Notes: generated from the sequence alone by a model not told the origin. A DNA stretch of 64,000 bases from Amoebidium appalachense (GCA_963693365.1 CAVNZM010000005.1:3781716-3845715); one strand, 5' to 3'; positions 19,035 through 39,260 are shown, counted from the stretch's first letter. A program made the numbers and translations.

Positions 19035-20995
19035 ACTTTATATCTGGACGTAAAACAGCGGTTAAAAATGTTGAGGGGCGCAGTTTACTGAAAGAGTTGA
19101 TGTGGGGCTCGGGCCACAAAGAGCTTATCTGTTGAGCAGGTGGTGATTGTAGCTCGTGAATGGAAAGAGAAAATGGCGCAGTTTGTATCCGATTATGTCA
19201 TACGAAGCCTCTCATCAGCTGTGTTCCAAATGATTTGTTATTTTTAGAAACGAACTTTCAAGCCCAGTGTGTACTACAATTTGTATCCCATTCCAGTGCA
19301 CAATGTTTGGTGCACTGTTGGTGGGTGGTACTGTACTGGTACACAGACAGACTGTTACAAGACACTAACTCGAACAGCAAATAAGCTTCAAATGTCCGTC
19401 CAAATACGCATTAAAGATTCACGAGAAGGTCAAAAGCTGGCTTTTTTCACTAAAGTGATGTCCACATTATTGATGGTCTAGCCTTTGTAGCCAAGACGGT
19501 GTGGTTGAAAAAAAGCTTTGGAAAACGGGAAAACGCGAAAGTGACCGTCTTTTCGACCCATCATGCACCACCGGGTGCCCGTTACATCAGGCAAGACCGC
19601 ATCAGCAGTGGGGGTTTAATGAAAATTGAATCTCAGGCGACTTCAAGAAAACTGTTAAGAAAGATTCTATAGCTACGTTTTTAAAAAATAATTTATGTTA
19701 AAAATAAAACGCACGCATTCATATACATGTGAGTCGGCCTGCGAAGAAGGGATCATAGATGTTTTGAGTGACAGTGGTAAAGACAGGTCTTCAAATTTTC
19801 AAACTTTTCCCGAGTAATAGACCCCTTCCAAGTGTCTACTTACAAGGGAAGCGCTGTAATTGGTGGAGTGGCATCATCCAGGAGCGTAATGATTGGCTGA
19901 AATCATGTCGATAGCTTCGCCGACCTACTGGTAATTTTAGCACGGATGCGTGGGAGCTGTTCACATGGTTTTATGAAACATCATCAAGTGGAGTATTTAG
20001 GTCATTAGAAAATCAAATAATGACGCTTTTAGCTATTGTATTTCCGATTTGGACGTAAAAGCTAACTAGTTATCCCGTGATTGCGGTAGAGAGTCACACA
20101 AAAACATTTGCCTGTAAGTTGCGGAATATTTGGCGGGGAAAGCCGCCGAGATGCGTCGTGCGCGGAGCGTTTGATTGGTGGTTTCGACACAGGTGGTCCT
20201 CCACAAACTTTCCTTGTGGGAGGTGTTCAGTTTCAAAGGCTTTGAAATGAATGACTGAGGACTGAGTTTTTGTTGTAGTAGTGTTGTCACTGTAGTAATG
20301 TACATAGACTAGACATGAGAATATAAATATTGATAGTAAGGCTAGTACAACTTCATAAGGTTTTCAATGGGCGTTTCATTTGGCACTATTCTGTAATTGG
20401 CTTAGCTATACGAATAATCAAAAGACCCCCATACGTCACTGAGCCTGTGTTGGGGCATTGAGGAGGATCCGCCACGGCAACTTTATCTGTCCAATTGGCT
20501 CGTGTTCAATGTACGTGAATTGGTCGCATGGTCTATTTTAATACGAAGGCCATTATTCACCGAATACAAAGGCTTTGACGTCTTATAAAACGGTTTTTGG
20601 CCTCTTTAGTCGACTGCAGTTACTACAAAAGTATGGCAATGGCGTCAAGTTGGCAGCTATGCTCATCACCAGCGCTCAGTTTGGTGAACCAATCACAAGC
20701 GACCAACTTATCGCTATTCCAGCGGCCGCGGCCTATTCCCGACCCTGTCCAGGGTGTGAAATCACTGTGACACATGTGCCGGCATGCCCGGTCGGTAATT
20801 CAGGCTGTTTGAACTCACTTAGTAGTTCCCTGCCTGGTTCATCCTACCGAATTTTCCAAGAGGTCATAATGACCCCTCTAATAATTCTCTGGTTGACTTG
20901 GTAATGTAGTATTCGATGGAATGAACTGCAGAAAGCGACATGTACTCGGTGCCACTCAGCCTCTCATGCATGAATCAGTGACTCGCGTTTCAAGT

Positions 20996-21354
20996 TTAGG
21001 GCATTTTTGAGCACGGACTCCCGGCCATGAGCCGGCGATCGCGGCCCGGGCTGAGACTGGCTCGCGAACCTTTGCCATTTATGGAAGGTATTTTCTGATG
21101 ACGTCATACTACCCTAACATTATGATTTGAGTTCGCACGTGCACTGACAACTGACAACACACAAGGAGTGGCGTTTTTTAGGGCATTTTTTAGCACGGAC
21201 TCCCGGCCATGAGCCGGCGATCGCGGCCCGGGCTGAGACTGGCTCGCGAACCTTTGCCATTTATGGAAGGTATTTTCTGATGACGTCATACTACCCTAAC
21301 ATTATGATTTGAGTTCGCACGTGCACTGACAACTGACAACACACAAGGAGTGGC
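20996..21354. repeat. Near-perfect tandem duplication, 182-bp period, between the divergent MET30-like and coilin genes
   Basis: Copies at ~20996-21172 and ~21178-21354. Each contains TGACGTCA and GCACGTGC palindromes. Confidence 0.9.
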
Positions 21355-22100
21355 ACTCCGTGCCGAAGGGATTCTGCATACTCTGAAGAGGAGTTATGGA
21401 GGAGTACAGAGCATACGAGCAGGTCTGCAAGGGTGATTGACTTGGGCTTGTCCTCAGCTCTGGTTCAGTTTTCAATATAAGGTCATCCCTGCATGTCGCC
21501 TTTCAAGAGTCCCTCTTCCAATATCATGCTCCCCCCTCACCCCCCCTCCCCCTCCCCTCCCCCCCCCCCCCTCCCCCCCCCCCCCCTCCCCCCAACCGTT
21601 GCCACCCACCCACCCACCCACTCCCGCGCCCTCACCGCCCCCTTTGCCAAAGTTTGAAGTATCCCCGCCCGAAGCACCTCAGAAGTTCTCCTCGCTTCTT
21701 GTTTGAACTCTCAATGTTTTCTCGACCTTTCCTCTCTCCGTCGTGACGGTCTACCAAACTGCTTTCTCCTGTCAGTTACACGTCTCACTGTTAGGCGGCT
21801 GCATTCTGAGTGCACTTTTGATTTACACAAGATGAGAAAGCCTTGGCACGAACACCTTGGTTAGGACTCTATCAGGAAGCGGATTTTGGACGCTACTTAA
21901 CACTCAAATTCATACACCGTCACTCCTCTCTCCACGTCTTGTGTCTCCCCCCCCCCCCCCCCCCCCTGTCTCCTTCTTGTTCTTCTTTGTCTCGCTTGCT
22001 CTCTCTCTCTCTCTCCCAATCTTCTTCCGCCTTTTCTCCCCCCAGCCACTCTCCCTCAACTCCCCCCCGCCGCCCCGGCCTTTCCCCCCCTCGGTCTCTC

Positions 22101-22170
<70 letters not shown>

Positions 22171-22173
22171 TCA

Positions 22174-22209
<36 letters not shown>

Positions 22210-22324
22210 TCCCCCTCCCCCCCCCTCCCTTTCTCCCTCCCAGGGCCTCCTTCTCTCCCTCCGTTTCTTCTTCCCTCTCTCCCTCCGTCCCCCCCCCCCC
22301 CCCTCTTTCTTCCCTTCCTTCTTT

Positions 22325-22426
<102 letters not shown>

Positions 22427-22533
22427 CCCCCCCCCCCCCCCCCCCTGTCCCTCTCCGTCTCTCTCTCTCTCTCTCTCCCCCCCCCCTCTCCTCTCTCTCT
22501 CTCTCTTCCCCCCCACCCCTCCCCCCCTTCTCT

Positions 22534-22564
<31 letters not shown>

Positions 22565-22875
22565 TCCGCTCCCCTAAGGATGTTGTGTACCAATATTGAA
22601 TCGTGCATTTTCCATATTATAAACCACCCTCCGTGTCTTTTTTTTTGGAAGGGGAACTCATAATCTTCACCGTCTTTCACTGTCTTTTCCCTTTTCCCTG
22701 AAGTATTCACTTCCACTCACCTCACTCGCTGTATATTGTATATCTTCTTCTCTGTCTTCTTCTCTCTTCCCCCCCTCCCCCCCTCCCCCCCCCCCCCCCC
22801 CAAAAAAAAAAAAAAAGAAAAAAAGAAAACCGGTCTTTCGCACTGCCCTTGCCTATTGCCTGCTTGAATAAGTTG

Positions 22876-23075
22876 CCCTGCTCGTCTCTGATCAAGACGG
22901 GTGACCCACCCATCAAGTGAAGCAGCATCTGAGTTGGGTTGTCTCGACGAGGTGACTGGGTCGAACTCGGTATTGTGGATGACTTTTCCCCTCTGCCCTG
23001 AGGATGGGCTCTGCTTGTTGTTCATGCTCTTTGTGTGTGGCAATGTGCATTATGTTGCCCTACTTCGTACTCTAT
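22876..23075 (+). mobile_element. Diverged longer copy of the SINE-like family (5' part retained)
   Basis: ctgctcgtct.tgatcaagacggg...gggtcgaa(a)ctc...ccctgaggatgggctctgctt matches the reverse complement of 36870-37020. It lies just upstream of the coilin acceptor at 23147. Confidence 0.65.
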
Positions 23076-23156
23076 AATTTATTCTTATCCCTCTCCCCCC
23101 CCCCTCCCCTCCCCCGGATCTTCTTCTCATCTCCGTTTTTCCTACAGATCAAGAAA

Positions 23157-23547
23157 ATGGACCGACTTCGCCTTCGTGTGGAGGGTGAGGTGGGCGGTGC
23201 CCCCCTGAGGTGCTGGTATCTTGCCGATGCACAGCTGTGCCCCACCGTGGACTCTTTGGCCCAAGCGTTGGCCCAGAAACTTGGCCTGCCTCCTGGTGTG
23301 TTATCATTTCTTTTATCAACATTGGCTGTATGTTGGCACTCGATTCCTTTCCTTTTTCTTTAACCATCTTTTCTCCCTCCCTCCCTCCCTCGCTCCCTCT
23401 CTCCTTCCATCCCTCGATCACACCCCCTCACACAGACACACTCTCAGAGAGGCTCTGTCTGTCCCCCCCCCCCCCCCCCCCCTCTCCTTCCCACCCTTCC
23501 TTTCACTTGTCTCTTCACACACAAACACACACACACACACACACACA

Positions 23548-23638
<91 letters not shown>

Positions 23639-24782
23639 CCCCCCCCCCCCCCTTCCTCCCTCCCTTTCCCCCCGCTCTCACTCCTCTTTCCCCCCCCCTT
23701 CTCCCCCCCCCCCCCCCCAAAAAAAAAAAAAAAAAAAGAAAGAAAGAAAGAAAGAAAGAAAGAAACTCCCTGCTGCCCTCTCCCCTTCCTTTCATCCCTT
23801 CCTTTCCTCTTCTGTCTGTGTGTTTATGTTGTGTTGATGGTTGTGGAGGTTGTTGGTGGGAAGTGGCAGTAGCAAGGGGGGGGAAGGTGAACGTTGGCAT
23901 TCACACGCTGTTCTGAATGGCATGGTGGTTGTTTGAAGGGGGGGAGGGGGGGGGGGGGGATTTGAAGCAGATAGCCAGAAGCTGAAGGGATGACTCAAGG
24001 AGAGCAGGAAAGTGATAGCAGTGGAAGGACCGGAAAGGTGTGGATGGATGGTTGTAGGTTTATTGATATTGGTGGAGTGTTTTCCACGTTGTTTTGCCAC
24101 ATTTAGTGTGAGTACCTTTGTAAGTGTAGGCATCATTGGGGTGAAAGAAAAGGTAGAAGGAGACTGTGTGCTAAAGAAGACATGGTTCACGATAGGGGAG
24201 GAGTATAGAGGGATTGGAACAGAGCAGCTGAGGACAGTAGCGTTGTCGGGGTACACACACTGACATATGAAACAAACACATACGCACGCACACATGCTCG
24301 CACATTTACACGTGCACATGCACACACGCACACACGTACACACACGCGCACACATTTTTGTCCCCTGCTGGCTCACACACCCACATGCAGTCAGGATCTA
24401 CATGGATGGATTTTTAGTTCCTCCCTTTGAGCCAACAACCCTACTGAGAGATGGAGATTTAATTAGGTGTGTATACATCCCCCCCCCCCCCCCCCCATCC
24501 CCCCATCGTTGCCACCCTTTGCTTCACACGTTTGTATGCTTGTTTGTGTTGTTGAAGTGCGGGGGGAGGAGGGGGGGGGGGAGAAGGGGGGCTATAAGTG
24601 TAGAAAAGTCCCGGGGGGGGGGGGGGGGGTAGAGGGAGGAGGTGTGGGAAGAAGGGTAGATTTTTTCTTTTTTGGGGGGGGGGGGGGGGAGGGAGGGGGG
24701 ATAAGTGTAGAAAAGCTGGGGAAGGTGGGGAGAGGGGGGGAAGGGGGTTAAGTGGAGAAAAGTAAGGCTTGAGAGACTGCGA

Positions 24783-24835
<53 letters not shown>

Positions 24836-25155
24836 TGCGTGCATGCGTGTGTGCTACGGTGTGTGTGTGCGCGTGTGTGTATGTGTGTGTGTGTACCTGC
24901 CCGTATTGCTGTGTTATTGTAGTCATCTATGGAAGAGTTGAGTGAAATAGGCATAGAGTGGTTGGAGGCAGCTGGGTGAAGGAGATGGCATATTTTGTTT
25001 GGGGATGGAAGACGATGAGGATTAGGCTATTGTGCTGGGGATTGTGGTGTGCTTGTTGCTGCTTATGTACGTTATTGTATGTATAGTCTTGGAGTGGACA
25101 TGTTTATATGGAACCAAGGTGTGTATGTCTACGGGGATGGACGATGCCCGGGAAA

Positions 25156-25190
<35 letters not shown>

Positions 25191-25739
25191 CTTCATATAT
25201 ATATACATATAAAATTCTATGATGGCCCCAAAGAAAGTCTGGTAAGCAGTGCCTGTGCTGACCACTGACCTGATTCACCCAACAGGATTGAGGCTTCATC
25301 CTCCACACACGCATTTCCGTTACACAACACACCCACTGGCAGGTATCAGCCCTGCCCCCCCCCCCCCCCCCCCCCTTCGCCCCCTCTTTCCCCGCCCCTT
25401 TTTCCCCCGTTTATTCTCCCTGTCTTTTCTTTTCTCTTGTCGTTCTTTGTCCTTCTTTTCTTCTGGTTTTCCTCCGGGGGGGGGGGGGTCTTTCCTCCTT
25501 TGTGTTCTTAAGCTTCTGTTCTCTGTCCGCCCTCCCTCCCCCCCTTCGTACTGTGTTCCGCATTCAAAACCCCCCCCCCCCCCCTCCCTCCCTCCCTCCC
25601 TCTCTCCCTCTCACCGTACCCACACGATCTGTACGGGTCACCGTATTCTTCAAAGAGACATCCCTCACGCTTTGCTGTTGTCCCACGGCCATGCGACAGG
25701 CATGCCCGCGTGTTCGCGCGATGGCACACGCGAGCACAC

Positions 25740-25787
<48 letters not shown>

Positions 25788-27244
25788 AGGGAGTAGCAGT
25801 TATTCTCAGAAGAAGCCTCTGGTAGTGAATCCCCCCTATTTCCCTCTCCTCCCCCTCATGCGCCCTACCCTGCATTTGCTCTGTTCTGTATCGAGAAAAA
25901 GGGAGACAACACGTTATGAACACGGGTGAACGAAAGGAGTAAAAGAAACTACCACTACAAGGAATCGGTTTCCTAACCTGGGTTAACGCATAAACAGGGA
26001 ATCGGAGCCTACCAGGACAAAGCGTTCTGTTGAATCTGACAGCACAGTGAAAAGGAAAAGTGAAATCGATGGCAGTGATGAACGGCCTACGAAAAAGAGA
26101 AAGGGGGAAAAGGAGTCGGTGACAAATGAAAAAGAACGAGAGGTGAAGAAGACAGAGAAAAGCAAAGTGAAGGAGGCAAGAAAGCGAGAAACCCCTAACG
26201 AAGAAAAGGGAAAGGAGAAAGGGAGCAGTAAAAAGGTGAAAAATGATGGGGAGAAAGGGGTAAAGGAGTGGAAGAAAACGGAAAAGGGGACGGAAGAGAA
26301 AACAGAGGTGAGCAAAAAAGGGAGCAGAGGTGAGAAGGGAGTAAAGGAGAGTCAGAAGGAGGCAGACGCAAAAAAGAAGAAAGAAAAACCGAAAAAGAAA
26401 AAAGAGTCCTCGGATGAGAGTTCTTCATCTGACTCGGAAGAGGAAGAACAACAAAAGCCGAAGGAGAAATCCGGTATAAATGGAAAGCAACCGGTCAAGG
26501 AAGTAAAAGCCGTATCCGATGATGATAAGGTTAAGAAAAACACAAAACAGAAACCCGAAAAACGAAAGACGGATTCTGAAAGCAGCAGCTCATCTGAAAG
26601 TGAAAGCAGTTTGGAGAGTGGTTCGGATTCGGATTCCGAGAGTGAAGACACCGGAAAATCCACACGCAAGGCCGCTACCCAATCAACCGTTTCGGAACAA
26701 GGTGTCAAAAACACGGATACGGACAAGAAAAAACGAAAGAGAAAGAAGAAGAAGAAGAAGAAGAAGAAGGAGGGTGGGGTTGGGGGTGTAGGGAAAGAAA
26801 ATCCGGCAAGAGAAAACATGCATGGGGTAGAGGAGGCCCATCAGGGAACCAAACAAGCACACGCACCCCGGCAGCACCAAGACACAGTCAGAGAGGCAGT
26901 GTTGAGAGAACGGGTGGCAGAGAGAGGCCAAGGAAAACACCAAAGGTTCGAAAACGAAACAACGGTTTCAAGCAAGGAAAACACGGGGGAGAAAGGGGAG
27001 AGGCATGGGCTGGGATGGGAAAAGAACAAGAATAACAATGACGGGGAAAAACGGGGCGGGCGTGTGGGCGGAAAGGGGCAGAAGCAGGTGGAAGAGGGAG
27101 GTGTAGGGGGCCAGCCTAAGAATAGCAATGGGCCGGGTATGCCGGTCTACGGGGCTGGTCGGCGGAGGCAGGATTATGGCAGCCTGCCCCTCTTCCAGGG
27201 CACACCCAGGGTGGGCGATTGCATTGCTTTTAAGGTTAGAACCT

Positions 27245-27280
<36 letters not shown>

Positions 27281-27580
27281 GGAACAAACTCAAGCGCGCA
27301 CACACACATACACACACACACACACACTTCAGCTCACCTTACACCATGCGCCTCCCAAGCACTCAACCTACCCTCCTTTACTCCTCTGCACCATCATCCC
27401 AACAGCCTAACCCACTCACTCCACAGGCTGCTTCTGTAATACCAGCTTTGCCCCCCCCCCCCCCCCCCCCCCCCCGGGGCACCTTCTCCCCCTCTCCTCC
27501 TCGTCCTCCTCTTCCTATGCCTTGAGGCCCCTACCCACTACCACCACCAGAACGGTTGCCGCCCCCTTCACACACATACA

Positions 27581-27646
<66 letters not shown>

Positions 27647-28343
27647 GCAGACACAAACACTACACTACCATCCACCAATCCATCCCCCCCCACCTCCCCG
27701 CATAATTGATGAAAAACTTGTGTGACCCCAGTCTCACTGGTACGACAATACTTTTTTTTTCCTGGCAGCCGCCAACTTCTGGTAGCAGTTGCCCTGCCAA
27801 TGTTGATTGTGCATTCCCCCCCCCCCCCCCCCCCCCCCCCCCCGGCCCCCCCCCTTTTAGTTTTCCTCCCCAAAAAGGGGAGGGGGGGGGGGGATGGCGC
27901 ATAAAGCAATAGTGGGGGGAAAGGAAAGAAAAAAGGAGAAAAGGGGGGGAAAGAAACGTCATTGTGGTTTGGTGATGGAAGTATTCACACGGCAGCTTAT
28001 TTCATAAGAAGGAAAAATGAAGAGAGCAAACAAGACGAAGAAAGCAACCAAGAAAGAAACATACACACACATGACGAGCCACTATCTCACAAACAACCCT
28101 CCCATTAGATAATGGAAATGTCGACAGCCTACACACCCGAGGTTTCTGATTACAAGGTTCGTGATTTCCCCCCAAAAAAATCTCTCCCGGCTGCCCGCAC
28201 ACACGTACGTCGGCTAGTGTGCCCTGTAGAGTTCCTTTGCTGTGGTATGATTGGCTGGGAGACCTGGAAATCCGGCATGTGGCTCCTACCTACAATCTGA
28301 TTGATGATATCATGTGGAAAGTGTCAATAAGGATACGTTCTCT

Positions 28344-28403
<60 letters not shown>

Positions 28404-28490
28404 TGGGAGACACATTCGCATAGGGTTGTGCAGGTCCTCCATGCACACCCGCGCACGGTCACGCCTCACACACGCACATCCACTTTCACT

Positions 28491-28521
<31 letters not shown>

Positions 28522-28542
28522 GGGGGGGGGAGGGGGGGGGGG

Positions 28543-28582
<40 letters not shown>

Positions 28583-28710
28583 CATGTATAATGCATGTGA
28601 GCATGTGAACGGTACGCATACATTCCTACAAATCACTGATACAGGGACACATGCGAGCACCCACACATGGACGTGTGCTTACACTCTCTCCTTTACCCAC
28701 TTCACTCGGC

Positions 28711-28798
<88 letters not shown>

Positions 28799-29196
28799 AG
28801 GGTAAGGTTATCTCCTACGACAGCGGCACAGGCACGGCACGTGTTTGGTTGGAACCCCATTCACGTGCACGCACACGTCCCCCCGACGGCACCGTTTCCA
28901 GAAGGTTCGAATTTGTGGAGGGGGAGGAGGAGGAGGAGGAGGAATACGTTGAAGAGATGGAAGAGGAGGTGGGTGCTGGGTGGTTGCTGTTTGATTATAC
29001 TCCCGTTTACGATTATAGTTATCATTGTTGTTTTTTGTTTTTGTTGTTTTTGTTTGTTTTTTTTTTTTTGGGGGGGGGGGGGGGTGCTTTTTTTTTTTTT
29101 TTTTTTTTCCAAGCGCACACTCTTGGCACAATGCCAGAGCGCTCCCATGCACATATGTTCACGCACAGAGGTACAAATATTTGCCCCTTCTCCCTC

Positions 29197-29233
<37 letters not shown>

Positions 29234-29599
29234 TTCCTTCCTTCTCCTCTCGACACACAAACCGGGCGCTAATACATATGCTGTCCACTTTTCTTCGTTG
29301 GTTTGGCAGTCCATATAGGCTTTTTGGCCTCTTGCATTTTGGTGTACCGTTGCATGGTGGGTGTGTGGATGGAGAAATGTGGTGCATGGTGGGTTATCGT
29401 GCGGCTCGAAAGATGACGATGTGTGTTTGTGTGTGTGCGTGCGTGTGCGTGCGTGTGTGTGTGTGTGCGTGAGTGCGTGCCTGTGTACGTGTGTGCGTGT
29501 GTGTGTGGTGTGTGTATACATATGCTGATACCCGTGTGTATCGAATGTATAGGTGTGCGTTGGTGTGGGTATAGGTGTGTGCATTTGTGTTGCGTGTGT

Positions 29600-29636
<37 letters not shown>

Positions 29637-29758
29637 TGGGGGGGGGGGGATTCTGAGTTGGAGGTAACCATACTAATGATGTGTGTGTGTGTGCCTGACA
29701 GGTTGAGGTAGACTGGGGATTTCTGGTGGAGGTACGTCACATAGTCGATGCTAGCTGA
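23157..29758 (+). CDS. COIL: Coilin (Cajal body protein), 6 coding exons
   Basis: Exons 23157-23295 (MDRLRLRVE...CWYLAD...TVDSLAQAL), 24391-24466 ([26 protein letters not shown]), 25998-27234 (K/E/S-rich linker, then [21 protein letters not shown]), 28109-28156 ([16 protein letters not shown]), 28798-28968 (EGKVISYD...) and 29702-29758 ([15 protein letters not shown]). These match the coilin N-terminal domain and the C-terminal Tudor-like IAFK..E+...Y+P.VSDYKEG motif, and phases are consistent. Confidence 0.9.
25545..25570 (+). repeat. 3'-terminal fragment of the SINE-like family inside a poly(C) tract
   Basis: cttcgtactgtgttccgcattcaaaac followed by poly(C), matching the 3' end of the 36752 copy. 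Confidence 0.6.
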
Positions 29759-29794
29759 TGGACATAATGATGTATGACTTAAACCGGGGCATAA

Positions 29795-30484
29795 GGGCGT
29801 GTTTGGCAGCCACCCAAAAATCGTATTTGTATTTAGGGCAAAAATCAATTGTGTTTATATAATTATTTTGTGGTATTCGTATTTAGGGGCATTATAAGAT
29901 TATGGAGCGCCAAACACGCCTAAACACGAAAGTTGAGCCCGCCTGATCGTGTTTAAGTCTCATCAGTGGAATGCTGAAAGTGTATGTTTCAGATGTTTGA
30001 TTGGGCGAAGGGGTGCAAACCGAAAATAAAACATTTATTACCTCGAAGTGTAATTAAAGTCAATTTTTTTCTTTTTTTTTTCCAGCTTTATATGTATGTA
30101 AGTACTTAAATTCGTTTTTAAATATTCATGATTTATGCTATTGTAAAAAAGCATTAATGGGGAAAAGAACTAACACTGAACCGTTTTTCACCAACCTCAA
30201 AGCAAAATAACCATAAAAGGTGCACCGCGGTGCCAATATTGGATTGGATCAGAGTGATCCAATAGAAGCTCATTTTGCTTGTGTTTGGCTTAAAGTTATA
30301 TCGTCTTTTCGAAAATCACCTCCGGAGGTGATTTTCGAAAATATGTATTTAGAGCGATGTCCATATTCTTTAGCGTAAATTGAAACCTGTGACGTGTTTG
30401 GCACGACACATATTCGTATTCGTCTTTTCGGCGAAAAGACGAATACGATGAAAAGACGATATAACTGCGCTGCCAAACACGCCC
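29795..30484. mobile_element. PIF/Harbinger (Tourist-like) MITE, 690 bp
   Basis: Perfect 16-bp TIR GGGCGTGTTTGGCAGC ... GCTGCCAAACACGCCC with a 3-bp TAA TSD (29792-94 and 30485-87). The interior is AT-rich and non-coding with nested palindromes. It inserted ~36 bp after the coilin stop codon. Confidence 0.85.
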
Positions 30485-30743
30485 TAACAATCCGCATGAA
30501 GATAGGTCGGTGGAGTTGGTAGATGTAGGATAGACCTACGTGTATGTGCGCATGAATATGAAGACGTAGAACCGGTCATAGACCGACTCATCTGATGATA
30601 TCCGTCCACAGTTGTGCATGGTGCTCACATGCACATGTTAACAACCATATTTTGAACCCCGCCACGATCACCACACGCACACACACAGACACACACACGC
30701 TTCCCCCTCTACCCTTACCCCCCCCCCCCCCCCCCCCCCCCCA

Positions 30744-30785
<42 letters not shown>

Positions 30786-31570
30786 ACACCCCTGCCGGCC
30801 ACGGTGGTTTTGTCGTGTGACCATGGACCAGGTGCAGATTCTGCCCAGCAGCAGAGACACGTTGCTGCGCCACCGCTCCTCCACCCACGTCTGCACCTCC
30901 ATATTATGCTTGTGTCCGTGCATCCAATCACAAGGGTGCATGCTCGCACGTGCGTGTGTGTGTGTGTGTGTGTGTTTGTGTGTGTTTGTGTGTGTGTGTG
31001 AAAGTAAGTAAAACGAACAAAACCTCTGATCGACCTGACCACCAGTGGTCGTTTTTTGAAACGGCTAAGCTGACGGCCAAAAGTAACTTTCGAACTCTAA
31101 TTTCATTACAACTATCAAACACTGTGTTGCATAGGCTTGAAATGTGGCGCTCTTCTCAATTTTCCTGTTTCTCTTGCTGCCCTTCCATCCCTGGGAACCA
31201 AGCAACCAACCAAGCCCCCCTCCCTCCCCCCTCCCCCCCCCCCCCCCTCCCCCCCCCCCCCCTTCCCCCCCCTTCCCCCCTCCCCCCTGAACACATACAC
31301 ACACACACACACATACACATCACTACACCATTCACGCTTCACGTTCAGATCGGTGGACTGACAACCCATCAAGTCACCGATTGCCTCACCACCACCCAGC
31401 CAACCTTCATAATAATGATTCATTCCCCCCCCCCCATCCCCCAGCTGATACCCCGACCTGCCTCGTTCCCACACCATCTGCAATCCAGCCCTGTGCCTGC
31501 AAATACGCAAACCTTGGTGCTGCTTCGAATTCTCCGTCTCGATCTTGGTCCTCTCTAAAGACATCCCCCC

Positions 31571-31633
<63 letters not shown>

Positions 31634-31894
31634 TCAAAACCCCCACGGTTTCACCTCAGACTCCTCCTACACTTTCCTTGGGCTTTCTAGGTTTCCATAA
31701 CGTGCGTGCATGTGCGTGTGCATTTGTGTACAAAGGTGCCGAATAGAGGTGCTAGTGCTTCTGCTTGTATGTCCGCATGTGTTGTACATGCGGCGCATGC
31801 ACGTGTGTGCCATTCCTTCATATCACTGAAATCAGATTCTGCGCACACGTACTAGTATTTAACCTGTGGCAGTGCCACAGCGGCTGTGCCAGTG

Positions 31895-31967
<73 letters not shown>

Positions 31968-33454
31968 TGTGTCTGTGTGACATACACACACCATGGCCAT
32001 TACAGTAACACATATACGTAGTACATTGTGATACAAGAAAATATACGTATCATCATGTACGTGGGTGCGTTTGTCTATGTGTGTGTGTGTGTGTATATGT
32101 GTGTAATGCACACACAGAGAGAGACACACACACATACATACACGTCAGAGACTATCATACACATGATACATGCAGATCTAGAGGTTAGAAGCATGGCATC
32201 TTTCCCTCGATATGTAAATCTCTTTTTTTTCCTTTCCTGAAACAACCCCCCCCCCCCCCTCCCCCCCCCCCCCCAACAACCCCCCTTACCCCCACCCCCC
32301 TTTGTGTGTTTACCTGTTCATATTCTTATCGTGGCTCGTCCTCTACGGTAGTGTCTGTACATGAGTTCATGTGGGACTGCTGGTGTGTGTGTGTGTGTCT
32401 ATTTCTATGTGCGCGCTTGTTTGTGTGCCCCGCATAAAAACGGGAAAGGGGAAGAGCGGGGGAGATGTGCGTGTTTGGGTGCACCACGTAGGAACGGAAA
32501 TGCGAGGGGGGGGGGGGGGGGGAGAAGGGGGGAGGGGGGAAGAAAGAAAACACGAGGGAGGGGGCCTTTTGGGGGGAAGAGAGCTAAGAGACGGGGGGGA
32601 GGGGGGGAGGGGGGAGGGGGGGGGGGGGAGGAAGAGAGAAGAAAACATGAGGGGGGGGAGAGGGGGGAGAGAGCCAAAGAGACGGGGAAAGGGGGGAGAC
32701 AGAGATAGGAGAGACTCGGAGGGTTCGAGAGGAAAGAGAGCGAGGGAGAGAGAGAGAGGGAGACGAAAGAGGGGGTAGAGTGGGGAGGGGGAGGAGAATT
32801 AGGAGTGAGGGGGGGGAAGGAGAGGGAGGGAGAGAGGGAGGGAGGAAGGGAGAGAGGGAAGGGAAGGGAAGGGCACATCCTTGGTTTGGAGTGGCACATC
32901 GTTTTGTATTAATCATCATACCACTACTTGAACCCATAGCCTAATCTAGAGTGTGTAAAAAATAGGGAGCAGTGCCAAATCCTATTGGGACCATTTGGTC
33001 ATGAGGTTCTGAACTAATACACTAAAAGCATTTACACACATCTCTCCCCGGGTATGTACATCAAAAGCCTTAGGCCGGGATTGGGGTGTATGGGCAACAT
33101 TATAAATATAAAATACAACAACAGCAGCCCGTGGAAGGAAAACAAAGCTGCATGTTCAAATACTATTGGCAGAAATAGGTAAGTACATTATCGTTGAACA
33201 ATGATAACTCTCGGGCCTTCGTATGTTCAAAAATAAGGAAAAAAGTAGCAAATTCCTTGCCTCTTGTTTCCCCCTTCCAACGAGTGCTTGGCACCCAAAA
33301 CCGTGACAGTGGTTCTAATTCATGAAAAATAACTCGCCTCGGTAGCAATATTATCAGTCCACTATTTGGATATAACGAATACTGAGAATATGCCCACAGG
33401 ATTTAACTAAATTAGGGTATGACCACAATTTTTTAATTAGGCTATCCCTAAAAA

Positions 33455-39260
<5,806 letters not shown>

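Noticed and set aside
20996-21354. Repeat arrays as CRISPR-like structures
   Set aside because: These are two-unit tandem duplications without unique spacers, in a eukaryotic context with no cas genes.
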